Shown in pieces: positions 41,371 through 51,441 of a stretch of 64,000 nucleotides of DNA. Under the pieces are notes generated by a model that saw only the letters and a list, made by a program, of their open reading frames with translations, made no database searches and was not told the origin of the DNA. Each line of letters opens with the position of its first letter. Position 1 is the stretch's first letter. The position numbers and the translations under genes are program-made. This stretch comes from Vampirovibrionaceae bacterium NZW_1234 (GTDB lineage: Bacteria; Cyanobacteriota; Vampirovibrionia; Vampirovibrionales; JAGQHJ01). The stretch spans positions 131,764 through 195,763 of the forward strand of contig JBGUGD010000025.1 in the NCBI GenBank assembly GCA_041697335.1. The letters run 5' to 3'.

Positions 41371-41446
41371 TGCACTTAATGCACAATATTAAGTTTTGCA
41401 CTTAAGAAATAACTTAAGTGCAAAACTTTTAGTATTAAGTGCTTAA
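41371..41446. repeat. TGYACTTAA motif cluster 2 including a perfect 16-bp inverted repeat
   Basis: TGCACTTAA 41371; AAGTTTTGCACTTAAG (41391) / CTTAAGTGCAAAACTT (41413); TTAAGTGCTTAA 41435. Confidence 0.75.
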
Positions 41447-41554
41447 TTTTAAATGACCTCCTCCATTCAGTGTGAAAGATTACCGAAATGGTTTGATTTC
41501 TGTGCCTTGCGGGAATAGTAACTCTACACACCGGAAAAATGTCGAACAGGCGCC

Positions 41555-42070
41555 ATGGCGAACCACTCCTCCTACTCCAACTCGTCAGAGCCGTGCTGCG
41601 AGCGGTGCATATTCTATGGACCGTCAACCTTTGCAGAAACAGGTAGCTCCTATGGTGGCGCTTGTCGCCGCTTGCCACCGAATATTCCCATTCCCCAGGA
41701 ACGTCTCCGTTTTGCCAAATCAAAGGTAAATGTTTATTTTGAAGCCGTCCGATGGAATCATTGCTGTGACGAGTATATCGAAAAATCCTCGGTCGAAATG
41801 GCCGCAGGTAAGCGAAAGCCCTCCTATATCACCAGCTGTGAAGATTGCCATTATTTTGAAGCTGAAGAACGAATTCAATTTGTAAGCAGAGGGGCCTGTG
41901 GGCTCTGTCATGCCTGTCCTGAAGATCAAGTGCCCATGGAAGCCCAAAATAGGATTGTAAATAAGTCCTCATGGTGCGGAACGTTCCGAAAACGTGAAAC
42001 CTTAGGCCCTTCGGACTCACTTACTCTAAATCCGCACATGCCTCCGAGTGCAGACCCTCTATCGTCATAA
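41555..42070 (+). CDS. Cys-rich hypothetical protein with two CxxC...C...C metal-binding repeats
   Basis: CERCIFY..GACRRLPP..HCCDEY and CEDCHYF..GLCHACP..SWCGTF. Confidence 0.7.
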   Translation: MANHSSYSNSSEPCCERCIFYGPSTFAETGSSYGGACRRLPPNIPIPQERLRFAKSKVNVYFEAVRWNHCCDEYIEKSSVEMAAGKRKPSYITSCEDCHYFEAEERIQFVSRGACGLCHACPEDQVPMEAQNRIVNKSSWCGTFRKRETLGPSDSLTLNPHMPPSADPLSS

Positions 42071-42113
42071 TCGTTGTCATCAAATTGCCATTCCTTCTGG
42101 GTAGCATAGCTGT

Positions 42114-43625
42114 ATGTACCCCGTCCGCTTGCATTATTCACCACAAGGTGCCCGAATAAAAAGCGAATACTCGTTTTCCAAGGCACTGTTTCCACGTGTA
42201 ATACCCGACTCCCTAAATAAATGGTCATCCTCTACCCGCTTCCTTGGATTTCCTAAACCTTATACCATCACAGCAGATTTGCAGCCTGGTGCCCCCAAAC
42301 GTCTATCGGTTCAGGTTGTGAGCGATGTCCACCTCAATAACCACGAGCATGCGTCTTCGGAAGACGGTATTGTCACTCCAACAACCATAAAGCCTGCCTA
42401 TGACAACCCGCGACGGCGTCACTTCCGGCGATGGTTGGATACGGTGTATGACCATGGCAAACACAATCCTCAACAGCTGGTGCTCATCCTCAATGGGGAT
42501 ATTCTGGACGTCAATGGGTCGTGGTTTGATGCCAATCACCCCTGCCAGCTTCAGAACAAAAACACATCTGCTCCCAGTCAAACACTACACCGAGTCGTTC
42601 AATCCATTATCGATAATAATGCGTCTGTTTTCGATCGGCTGCAAAGCATTCTAGCACAGCCCTTTGCTCGAATTGTTTATGTAATCGGCAATCATGATCA
42701 CCTGCTGAAAACCGATCCCACCATCCAACAGCGCATTCGAGACCGACTAATGCCGGGCTTAAGTCCGGAGGAGCAGGCTCGAAAGTTCATTTTTTCCCAA
42801 GCCGTTGACATACCGGACGTCGGTCTGTACGCCACCCATGGACATCATCTGGATCCCTTCAACCGAATCGAAAAATCCCGTCAGGCTTGTTGGGGCGACT
42901 GGGTCACGGTTCAACTGGTTAACGGCAGTATTCGTCATACGGTGGCAACCCTCAAAGCTGCGGCACTTCCGGAGCCCGTTATCGAAAAAATCACAAAAAA
43001 GCTCCACCATTTGGAATACATTCGCCCGAGTACGGCGGTGCCTATTTATATCAAGCAACTGGCGAAGCAGTATGAATCACTCTATGCCACCAGTAATCCG
43101 GAGATGGGGAAAACCATTTCCAAGGCCCTGATGTCCTTCTCGGATGCCTTGGGGGACGCTTGCATTGACAGCATTGCTATTTTAAGAAAATCAAAACACT
43201 CCTGGGCAGGCAAGCTTGTTCGCAGCGTGCTGCAAAACCCTAGAATCCAAAGGATATTTGCCCGTATCGTATCCCTCGCAGAAGCCTGGTCGACTGACAG
43301 CAATCGGGCCCAGATTCGAGAAGTCCGCCAATGGGCCAGGGAAAAAGGGTATAAAATGGTAACCTATGGCCACACCCACAGCCCAGAATATCGGCTTGTC
43401 GAAGGTGTCCGCTATATTAATACGGGCACGTGGAAACATGCCATTCATGCCTTCCTCGACAAGGGCACCTGGATTTTTCCTGAAAAAATCGTCCCCAGAA
43501 GCATCCTGAAGTGCAGCGTGAATCTTGAAAAACCACTGGAGAAACGCAAAATCCATTTTCAGGTTGAGACAATGGAAAAAGGCAAAATCCGGTCCGCCAA
43601 CATCAATCAGGATAATCCGAATTAG
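42114..43625 (+). CDS. Calcineurin-like metallophosphoesterase
   Basis: SDVH, NGDILD, GNHD, HGH, GHTH, YINTGTW. Confidence 0.88.
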   Translation: MYPVRLHYSPQGARIKSEYSFSKALFPRVIPDSLNKWSSSTRFLGFPKPYTITADLQPGAPKRLSVQVVSDVHLNNHEHASSEDGIVTPTTIKPAYDNPRRRHFRRWLDTVYDHGKHNPQQLVLILNGDILDVNGSWFDANHPCQLQNKNTSAPSQTLHRVVQSIIDNNASVFDRLQSILAQPFARIVYVIGNHDHLLKTDPTIQQRIRDRLMPGLSPEEQARKFIFSQAVDIPDVGLYATHGHHLDPFNRIEKSRQACWGDWVTVQLVNGSIRHTVATLKAAALPEPVIEKITKKLHHLEYIRPSTAVPIYIKQLAKQYESLYATSNPEMGKTISKALMSFSDALGDACIDSIAILRKSKHSWAGKLVRSVLQNPRIQRIFARIVSLAEAWSTDSNRAQIREVRQWAREKGYKMVTYGHTHSPEYRLVEGVRYINTGTWKHAIHAFLDKGTWIFPEKIVPRSILKCSVNLEKPLEKRKIHFQVETMEKGKIRSANINQDNPN

Positions 43626-43627
43626 AT

Positions 43628-44083
43628 TTATTTCAGCTTTGATGCCAGCTCCGGCAAGGACAAGGCGACGGCTCTCAGTCCTTCTTTGGCTTGTTTCAAC
43701 TTACCCAAAGTCAAGGCTGCAGGAACTTGCTGGAGTTGAAAGAACAGAGTACTACGCTGATCGCCCGTTTGATCCGGCCGCGTATCTCCTAAATAGACCA
43801 GGCGGAGCAACTGATCAGCCAACTTTAAGCCTTTTTCGGAACCGTCGGAGATGCCATCGACAATTTTCTGCTGCAATCGATCCATCGGCACTTTCGAGGC
43901 CAATGTCTTTAATGTCCGCACCGGCGTTTTTTTCGACAAGGCCATCAGTAAGTCAGACTCGAAGGCATTGTCTGTTGTTGAAGTACTGGAAAAACGAGGG
44001 GATTGAACGGCGCTTGTTTGTTTCGAGACAAAGGCAGTGCCACGACCATACCCAGGGCACGGGGAAGAATACGCAATTTTCAT
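43628..44083 (-). CDS. Hypothetical protein with RF-type leader
   Basis: MKIAYSS...QSPRFSS followed by a helical domain. Confidence 0.6.
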   Translation of the reverse strand: MKIAYSSPCPGYGRGTAFVSKQTSAVQSPRFSSTSTTDNAFESDLLMALSKKTPVRTLKTLASKVPMDRLQQKIVDGISDGSEKGLKLADQLLRLVYLGDTRPDQTGDQRSTLFFQLQQVPAALTLGKLKQAKEGLRAVALSLPELASKLK

Positions 44084-44245
44084 GCAATGAAATCCTAATC
44101 AGTTCATAAACAGAATAATGAGGGGAAGCTCATCTTTAATCTAGCCAAAAGCTTGTTGGTTTTCAACCCTTTTGACATAACTCACGATTCGTATCGTTGT
44201 TCATGAGCGATTTGCCCTTACCAAAACACCCCTAATTTTGAGGGA

Positions 44246-44402
44246 TGTACTTTATTTAGTGTCATTGCCGATGATGTACTAAACTTAAATATTAAGTATT
44301 TAGGATAACGAAACTACTTAACTATTAGTTTAGATAATTTAAGTACTAAATATTTTCTCTACTAAACATTAGATATTTCATGTTTTGTCTGGATTAAGTA
44401 CA
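44246..44402. repeat. TGYACTTAA motif cluster 3
   Basis: TGTACTTTA 44246, TGTACTAAA 44275, TTAAGTATT 44292, CTACTTAA 44314, TTAAGTACT 44339, TTAAGTACA 44394. Confidence 0.7.
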
Positions 44403-44513
44403 TCACCTATCCTCTGCTAAAGAGAAAACGGAAGCAGCCCATCAGTCTTTATGGCAAAATACACCTGGTCGCTTGTAAATATTGAAGGTAATTGAACGGG
44501 TTGATTCTTGTAA

Positions 44514-45464
44514 ATGTCCGATATCAGCTGGTATGAAACCGAAGATGGTACGTTAACCTGCTATAACAAAGCATACGGTGAGCATTATCATAACCGCATT
44601 GGCGCCTTTACCGAGGCTAACGGAATTTATGTCCGTCATGCCCAACTGTCAGAGAGATTTAACACGCAAACGCGCGTAACTGTACTCGATCCATTTTTTG
44701 GATTGGGCTACAACAGTCTCGCGATCATGGCCGAATGGGATCGACTTCGACAAACACAATTTCCGCATGCATGCCTAACGCTTATTGCGATCGAAATGGA
44801 CCCCGATATTTTAATTCGCGTGCCCGACATTTTTAAAAATAAGGACCTTGAACACCTAAAATCATTTTTACCCCTCTTTGAACATAATACATATTATCGG
44901 ACCCTGCCTGATCATTCAGACTTGCTTATAAATTTGAACGCTTTAAATACGACAGAACCGGTTCAGGTCATCTTGATTCAGGGGGATTCCCGCCAGGTGG
45001 TTCAGGCCCTGCCCGATGAATGCATTAACATCGTCTTTCATGATGCTTTTTCACCAAGAACTCAGCCTGAACTCTGGACAGAGACTCTATTTCGACAATA
45101 CCGTCGAATATTAACAACAGCTCCGCGTGGTGATGTTATTACCTACAGTGCCTCTGCGCCTATTCGTAAAGGGCTTCAAAATGCCGGGTTTCACGTTTAC
45201 CCCTTGCATACGTCCTTTGGAAAACCGGGAACCTTAGCAAGCACAGAACCCCGCTCCGACTATCCGGACTTTGACGATTTGGAAAAAGCCTTACTCGGCT
45301 GCCGAAGTGCGATTCCCTATAAAGATAACGATACCCTGACGCTGACACCACAAGAGGTTATTTCTCAGCGTAAGTCGGAAATGGAATCCAGCACGCTACC
45401 CACGTCATCCTCTATCCATAAACAGTTTGGTTACTTCCGAAATCCATCATCTATTACTTCTTAA
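44514..45464 (+). CDS. MnmC/MnmD-like tRNA mnm5s2U34 methyltransferase domain protein
   Basis: TEDGTLT..YGEHYH..GAFTEA, FFGLGYN, FHDAFSP..QPELWT, TYSAS..IRKGL. Confidence 0.85.
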   Translation: MSDISWYETEDGTLTCYNKAYGEHYHNRIGAFTEANGIYVRHAQLSERFNTQTRVTVLDPFFGLGYNSLAIMAEWDRLRQTQFPHACLTLIAIEMDPDILIRVPDIFKNKDLEHLKSFLPLFEHNTYYRTLPDHSDLLINLNALNTTEPVQVILIQGDSRQVVQALPDECINIVFHDAFSPRTQPELWTETLFRQYRRILTTAPRGDVITYSASAPIRKGLQNAGFHVYPLHTSFGKPGTLASTEPRSDYPDFDDLEKALLGCRSAIPYKDNDTLTLTPQEVISQRKSEMESSTLPTSSSIHKQFGYFRNPSSITS

Positions 45465-45702
45465 GATTTTATTTGCAAACATATATCAACTAACACCTCT
45501 TCGACTTAGTAATTCGTTGGGGTTTTTGAGTTTGCCTGTTAACGGGATACAAGATTAGCCAAGTTTAAGAATAGCTATTTAATCTTATCTTTATTTACAT
45601 TTCAGAAAACAATAACACGAAGAAACCTTTTCAATCCGTTTATGCTCTTGGTGACTTAGGCTATTTAGATAGAGATATATTTACATAGGGAGGGCTATAA
45701 CT

Positions 45703-46014
45703 ATGGCTGGTTGGTGGAGCAATGAAATTTTCCCCAATGCGAATCGTTCCAGTGGTCTTGGTGCTGTCGGATGGGGTATTGTCGATGCAGCCTTACTGCT
45801 GCCTCGAGCAGTATCGATTACGGCTGCCGCACCCTTTTCAAGTTCATCAAATGCCGCTGCAACGTTGTCTAAAACACCCGGCGGTAACCCCAGTCCCGTG
45901 GTTGGAAACCCGGCTAACGTGGTCAATCCGGCCAATTCTAACGGGGTTCACCAAAAGGTGGTAAACCCTACCTTCAACCGAGTCAGCGATGTGCTTGGTG
46001 GTCCTGGCAGGTAA
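45703..46014 (+). CDS. Small Gly/Ser/Asn-rich hypothetical protein
   Basis: GGGAGG RBS; followed by a terminator. Confidence 0.65.
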   Translation: MAGWWSNEIFPNANRSSGLGAVGWGIVDAALLLPRAVSITAAAPFSSSSNAAATLSKTPGGNPSPVVGNPANVVNPANSNGVHQKVVNPTFNRVSDVLGGPGR

Positions 46015-46037
46015 AGTGTGATCAAATAGAACTTACG

Positions 46038-46073
46038 AACCCCAGTGATTCAGCTTTGAAACACTGGGGTTTT
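46038..46073 (+). terminator. Terminator hairpin
   Basis: AACCCCAGTG...CACTGGGGTT followed by TT. Confidence 0.7.
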
Positions 46074-46167
46074 GGGGTGTTGCTCCTGTTTTCGAAGCGC
46101 AATTTTATGGCAGGCGTGGTGTTATATAAACCACATCCGATTAATGACATACGGAGTCATCGGCCTG

Positions 46168-47994
46168 ATGCGCATCTCTGCTACCACGCCCCCAATCCGC
46201 CTGAACACGCCCATCCAAGCGAACCGTAGGACTCCGTCTGCTCGCTTTAGCGCAGCGCCTCAGAAAAAGATCAGCTTACTGAATCACCCGCTTCAGACAC
46301 ATTTTTCTATCCAACACCCTGAACTCCCGCGCCCTTTAAACTTGACGCTTTATATCGAGGATATGGACTCTGCGAATCCCAATCATCTGGGGTTTCAGTA
46401 TCGGGCCATCGATCGTCAGGCCGGTCGTTATTCCTTTAAGCAAATCCAAAACGCGGTTTCCTTCGAACTCCTCTATACAGACAGCTATACCGAAGGCCTT
46501 ACCCAGGAACTTGATTACCGAGAGTTCTTTCAACAGAATTCGCCAGAAGAATTTGCCTGGTTCAATTGGCCCGAATCCAACGATATTGCCTTTAATCCAA
46601 AAATTCGTGTTCTTCTGGCTCAGGCCTTATTGGATGAAGCTATACAGAAAATTGAAAACGACTTCCAGACATCCTGGCCCCCAAAGCCCAAGACCCTTGC
46701 CATGCCGGTTTATGAAAAATCGCAGATGGATGTAGCCCTGGCGCTCGGCTTCAAGCCATTACCCGTCAAGGCCTCTGAGGAGCTGATGGCTGAAATGCAG
46801 ACATTGGGACGGGTCAAATATGATGTTCCCATGATATTCTATCGCCCAATCGACTCACCTTCCCCTATCGTCCCTGCTCCGGAACTTCAAATCGTTCCAA
46901 TCACCGCAGACCCACCCAAACTCGTCACCCGAGAGGATGTTCACCCGCAAACACACTCGAATCATATCTCCTTTCCCAATAATGCAGGGGATTCAAGGCC
47001 CAATATCCTCTTAAGCCATGATGGTGAGCCCGTGATTTCGGTCATTGATTCACCTCCCGGCTTTATTCTGGAGCGGAAGCATCCGGGAGTTCTGCAGTTA
47101 AACGTCTCGCAAGGGTTAAACCCCGAACAAAGCAAAGTCAACGGCCGAAAGATCGGTCGTGCAGGGACCTATTTTCTCAATCCGGGAGATGAATTACGGG
47201 CTGGCGCCCATGTTTATGCATGTGATGCCAGTGGGCTTCGCCTTCTAAGTGCGCAGGCAGATGCCTATGAGCGTCTGTTTCCACGCGGTCTCAAACATCT
47301 ACAATTCAAACAAGGGGGCTACGGAGATTGCTACTTTCTTTCAGCCATTGCTATTGCAGCATCCCATCCCAAAGCCCGCCAGAGATTGGCGCAGACAGTG
47401 ACATTAAACACGAAGGGTGAGGCACAAGTGGTGTTTTATGGGTTACCCGATCTTCCCCAAACCGTCAGGATTCCTCTGCCGTTTAAAGACGGGCGGGTGC
47501 ATGGGCCGCTTGGGCTTCAGATTATCGAGGAAGCTTTTGGGCAAATGTTGGCCACTAAGGGTAAAACGTCAATGCGAAAAGCGCTCAATGGCGGAAGTCC
47601 TGCCAGTGCTTTGGAGCTCCTCACCGGATTCCAGCAATCGGATTACGCCATTTCCCATACCACGTCCGATGGAAAGCGGATTGTCGATGACGATACGCTA
47701 CTGAGTAGCTTAAAACTGTTGGCCAAAGCGGCTCAAGACCCAGGGCGCTATCTTATCGGGGCGAGTCGAAACAAATTAAAAAAAGGGGAAGTCAACGAAT
47801 ATCCGCAGTTTCCGACGCAGCACGCTTATATTCTGCGTAAAATCGATTTGGAAAACGACCTGATTATCGTGACCGATCCCCATGACACGCGCCGGAAAGA
47901 ACGCCAGTTAGATATCAAATCCTTCAGCGAAATTTTCGATCACCTCTGGTTAGCTCGCGACACCGCCGAAACCGACAGTGTCGCGAGTAACTAG
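46168..47994 (+). CDS. GNAT-like + FHA-like + calpain-like cysteine protease
   Basis: QGGYGDCYFLSAI, IIEEAF, GGSP..ALELLTG, HAY, DPH; VNG...LNPGDELRAG; leader SARFSA. Confidence 0.8.
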   Translation: MRISATTPPIRLNTPIQANRRTPSARFSAAPQKKISLLNHPLQTHFSIQHPELPRPLNLTLYIEDMDSANPNHLGFQYRAIDRQAGRYSFKQIQNAVSFELLYTDSYTEGLTQELDYREFFQQNSPEEFAWFNWPESNDIAFNPKIRVLLAQALLDEAIQKIENDFQTSWPPKPKTLAMPVYEKSQMDVALALGFKPLPVKASEELMAEMQTLGRVKYDVPMIFYRPIDSPSPIVPAPELQIVPITADPPKLVTREDVHPQTHSNHISFPNNAGDSRPNILLSHDGEPVISVIDSPPGFILERKHPGVLQLNVSQGLNPEQSKVNGRKIGRAGTYFLNPGDELRAGAHVYACDASGLRLLSAQADAYERLFPRGLKHLQFKQGGYGDCYFLSAIAIAASHPKARQRLAQTVTLNTKGEAQVVFYGLPDLPQTVRIPLPFKDGRVHGPLGLQIIEEAFGQMLATKGKTSMRKALNGGSPASALELLTGFQQSDYAISHTTSDGKRIVDDDTLLSSLKLLAKAAQDPGRYLIGASRNKLKKGEVNEYPQFPTQHAYILRKIDLENDLIIVTDPHDTRRKERQLDIKSFSEIFDHLWLARDTAETDSVASN

Positions 47995-48003
47995 CCGATA
48001 ACC

Positions 48004-50625
48004 TTAAGCGGCGCTACTGGCTTGTGACTTTTGACCCAGGGATTCCCAGACCGTCAGGATATCGTGCAACCGTTGACGGGATTGCGGATTACGAATCATC
48101 GAGGCATTAATCTCCCGCATCCAGTCCGTCAGTCTGTAGCCAAAACGTTTATCCCCATCGCCGCCATATTGGTGCGTCAATTCGTGGAGATACGTTGCCA
48201 GGACCTCTTCAAAGGGGTGCGTGTTGAGGTGAGTGCGGTCAATCCAGCAACCTTTAAAGGTATAGGGCGCATGCCAGCTATCGCCAAAATCAGGATATTC
48301 TGTGATGGCCTGACCATAAACATGGCTGCCCTCATTGGCATCTTCACCTTGATCGACCTTGGCGCGAGCCTCCGCTTTGTAGTCAAACAGATAAATCGGC
48401 TGGTCCACGTCAGCCTTACGGATCAGAAGCGGTGATTTTTGCATTTTGGCAATCACCTGATCTTCCAGAAATACCGTTGCGGCTTCTTTCAGAAGATTCA
48501 TCCGCTTGGTTTCGACAATCGTAGGGCGTACACCCTGGTGTTTGCCCAATTCATCCAAAACAGTATCCATGGTGGGAACGCCTACTTTGGCAAAATTATG
48601 ATGCACCATGGTGTACCCGCGTTCTACAAGCGATTTTATGGCATTGGCGCGATTCCCATAAATATGTTCGGGTAAAGCCACGCATTTCAGATTTTTAGGC
48701 ATGCGAAGCCCGCCATTACGATTTCTGTCGGCACTGCCCAATTCACTGAGCAGGGCACCTAGAATGCGAACCGGCACAAGATCCTCACAGCGCTCAATGG
48801 AGGGAGCAACCTTCTGCTGAACCAAGGCCACCGGGCTCCAGAAGTTTTTCAAGTCATACGCGGCTTGCACAATCTGTTCATTGGTCATCGTTTTGACAAA
48901 ATCCTTGTTGAGCAGCTTTGACAAATCGTCATTCGTCAGGAAGGTCCTGTCCCGTCCCACGCTCACATCGGCGGCGGCATTGGGCTTGCGCTTAAACCAC
49001 AAACTCACGTGAGGGGTCTCATTGGCCCATTTACCCCGATCGCCATATTCAAAACGCTGATTGGCCAGGTAGACATTCCCGTTTTGCCCCGTGGGCAGGA
49101 TCTTAAAACCAAAATGGTCGTTTTCGAAAGTCGGGGCCTGGAAGTCCTTGTTTTCAGGATGATAAAAATAATTCATGGCCCGAAAGACCGCCGAAACCAG
49201 GTTTTCATCCTGGGTTTCAAATTCCACGAAATTCCCTTTAATGGGGGGAACCTGCTTCAAGGTCTTGTAAATATAATCTTTCTTCTTAGAATCTCCGGAT
49301 TTGTTGCCGAGCTTGAAGCCCATACGCCAGTCACCGCTCTGGAAGGCAATTTCTTTGACGCCAAATTTGCTGACCATACGGTACGACAACATTTTAGCCC
49401 CTTCACCATACCCTCCGGCATTATAGGGGTTTTCACGTTTATTCCCGGCACCATAGTCTTCAATACATTTTTGCTGGAATTCGCCTTGGCCGCTAATCCG
49501 AACTTTGTAGCTCTTTGTTGCGGGATTGTAATGGACATCGTATTTGACGCCCTCCAGCGTGTGTCCGTGACCGTCATAAAAATTCTGCAATAAATCCCGG
49601 GCCGTTTTGTCCTCGGTCCACTCGGCCAGGGACGAATCACCGTATTCAAACTTGAACTTGGTATTCTGCTCCCCATCCGCCAGGAACTGTCGAATTTCCG
49701 GATCGGTCATATCCAGATTCGGGTTGGGATCCACGTCCGGCCTGATTCGCCCATGTACCGGAATTTCACCCGAAACACGACCTTGAGATTTTAATGTGCG
49801 GATGACATCAGCACCTTTTACGCGTGTCCCGTCAAATATGGGTAGTCCCACCCGGATGGAGGGTGTCGAGACTTGGGATGGCAAATCAAAAACTCGGCTC
49901 TTACCCGCTAACGGATCCGTCGTACTGTTGGTTTGTGCCGGGGCTATCGGATGAGTCACAGGAGCCTGGATCTTGGTTCTCAACGCTTCCAGGCGACTTT
50001 GACGGGTGGTATCCAATTGCCGCACCTGGTCATCGGACATGCCATTTAAAATCGTCCGAAACGTCTGAAGTGCTTGATTATCCTGGGTCAACCTGCGATT
50101 CTCTTTTCTGAGCCTCCGATACCGTTTCTGGAGCTTCTGATACGCATCACTGTCCTGAGCCGCAATTGTCGTATTCCGCCCGGCACCCCTAACCACCGTT
50201 TTCTTACCGCCAGTTGAACTCGTATTCGCGGTCGCTGTCGGTTGTGAACTGGCAGCTCCATTGCCGCGAGCAACAGACCCATTGGTTGAAGCCGTTGGCT
50301 TTCGTTGAGTTTTCGAAGGCTTTGCAGTGCCCGTAGGCGGTTTCTTCCGCTCGCCGGTGATCCATCCGAACACCCAGGCCAGAGAGTTATAAATCAACCG
50401 GAATGGGTAGGTCAAAATATCCCCAATGGTTTGTATGAACGAACGCGATTGCTCTCTGGAGTTGCTGCGTTGGGTATTCGACTCGCTGGCAAAACGAACT
50501 GAATCCGCTTTGGGCTCTAGGCCTTGTGTCAGGAAAATGCTTTTAGCAGACTTGGCTCGGAGAGGAGGCGCAGCAGAATATCCTGTAGAAACAGTAAAGA
50601 CCGGCGAGGTCAAGGCGTTCATCAT
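48004..50625 (-). CDS. GHKL-ATPase-like + HExxH zincin protein with leader and coiled coil
   Basis: RDLLQNFYD, GAGNK, AGGYGEGAK, YLHELTH; leader DSVRFAS. Confidence 0.7.
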   Translation of the reverse strand: MMNALTSPVFTVSTGYSAAPPLRAKSAKSIFLTQGLEPKADSVRFASESNTQRSNSREQSRSFIQTIGDILTYPFRLIYNSLAWVFGWITGERKKPPTGTAKPSKTQRKPTASTNGSVARGNGAASSQPTATANTSSTGGKKTVVRGAGRNTTIAAQDSDAYQKLQKRYRRLRKENRRLTQDNQALQTFRTILNGMSDDQVRQLDTTRQSRLEALRTKIQAPVTHPIAPAQTNSTTDPLAGKSRVFDLPSQVSTPSIRVGLPIFDGTRVKGADVIRTLKSQGRVSGEIPVHGRIRPDVDPNPNLDMTDPEIRQFLADGEQNTKFKFEYGDSSLAEWTEDKTARDLLQNFYDGHGHTLEGVKYDVHYNPATKSYKVRISGQGEFQQKCIEDYGAGNKRENPYNAGGYGEGAKMLSYRMVSKFGVKEIAFQSGDWRMGFKLGNKSGDSKKKDYIYKTLKQVPPIKGNFVEFETQDENLVSAVFRAMNYFYHPENKDFQAPTFENDHFGFKILPTGQNGNVYLANQRFEYGDRGKWANETPHVSLWFKRKPNAAADVSVGRDRTFLTNDDLSKLLNKDFVKTMTNEQIVQAAYDLKNFWSPVALVQQKVAPSIERCEDLVPVRILGALLSELGSADRNRNGGLRMPKNLKCVALPEHIYGNRANAIKSLVERGYTMVHHNFAKVGVPTMDTVLDELGKHQGVRPTIVETKRMNLLKEAATVFLEDQVIAKMQKSPLLIRKADVDQPIYLFDYKAEARAKVDQGEDANEGSHVYGQAITEYPDFGDSWHAPYTFKGCWIDRTHLNTHPFEEVLATYLHELTHQYGGDGDKRFGYRLTDWMREINASMIRNPQSRQRLHDILTVWESLGQKSQASSAA

Positions 50626-51340
50626 GGTGAAATCCCCTTAAGTTAAATGGGTGCATTCCTATCAAAGAAATAAATGTACGACTCATGAAAAAGTAGAAAA
50701 ATGTGTTCTACCCATCTAAACCACCTCAAGCAAATTTGTTGCTAGGACATTTTACCCATCTCTTGCTCCATTCTCAGGTTGAAGACACCCGACCAGTCGA
50801 TATTGGCTTTAGTCCATTAGGCCGTCTTCCCCAATCTTATACACCTTCGTGTCTTGTTTACGTTTTTGTAACGCAACATATGTTTACCTACTATGTTCTC
50901 CGTAATATGGTCCGCATAAGATAATACCATCAGCTTTGAAGGGCTGGTGCTTTAAGGAAACAGGTGTTGCAGCTTTTATTTCCCGGATCTCGATCCTGAA
51001 ATAAGGCAATCCAGTGGAACACCAGACATTATCAAGAGATCCCGATTTCTTGATTTTCCATTTCGAAGGGAATGGTTAAACTCTCCTATGAGGCAGTAAG
51101 CAAGAACACTTGTGTTCACGTGCTTATGACATAAATTCGGTGAAATTCCGAAACGTATCGTCCTGCTCAACAGCTTCGTGCTCAAACAGCAACGATGCCG
51201 GAGGTCCACAGTCCTCCACCCAACCTTCAAGGCTGATACATTTATCTGACACAACACTGTGTCATTGGATTACCAACCCACTCTTTTCTATCAACACACA
51301 CACATCTCTCAACCAATCACACCACATATCAGAAATTCAC

Positions 51341-51378
51341 ACCGTTCGACGCCCTGCTGTTGAACGGTTTGTTTTTTC
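51341..51378 (+). terminator. Terminator of an intergenic CA-rich transcript
   Basis: ACCGTTCGAC...GTTGAACGGT followed by TTGTTTTTTC. Confidence 0.7.
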
Positions 51379-51441
51379 AAGCGCCCTTTGGATTTGCTAT
51401 AATTCTCCCCTGAGGATGAATGGGGACGGTTATAACGTATC

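Noticed and set aside
30810..43625. Anti-phage defence island (DUF3626, ARH, phosphoesterase)
   Set aside because: The genes are not operonic, are interleaved with core genes, and include no recognisable defence signature gene
39520..45700. Classical DnaA-box oriC or ParB parS
   Set aside because: No TTATCCACA cluster or TGTTTCACGTGAAACA seen; dnaA, dnaN and parAB are absent from the window
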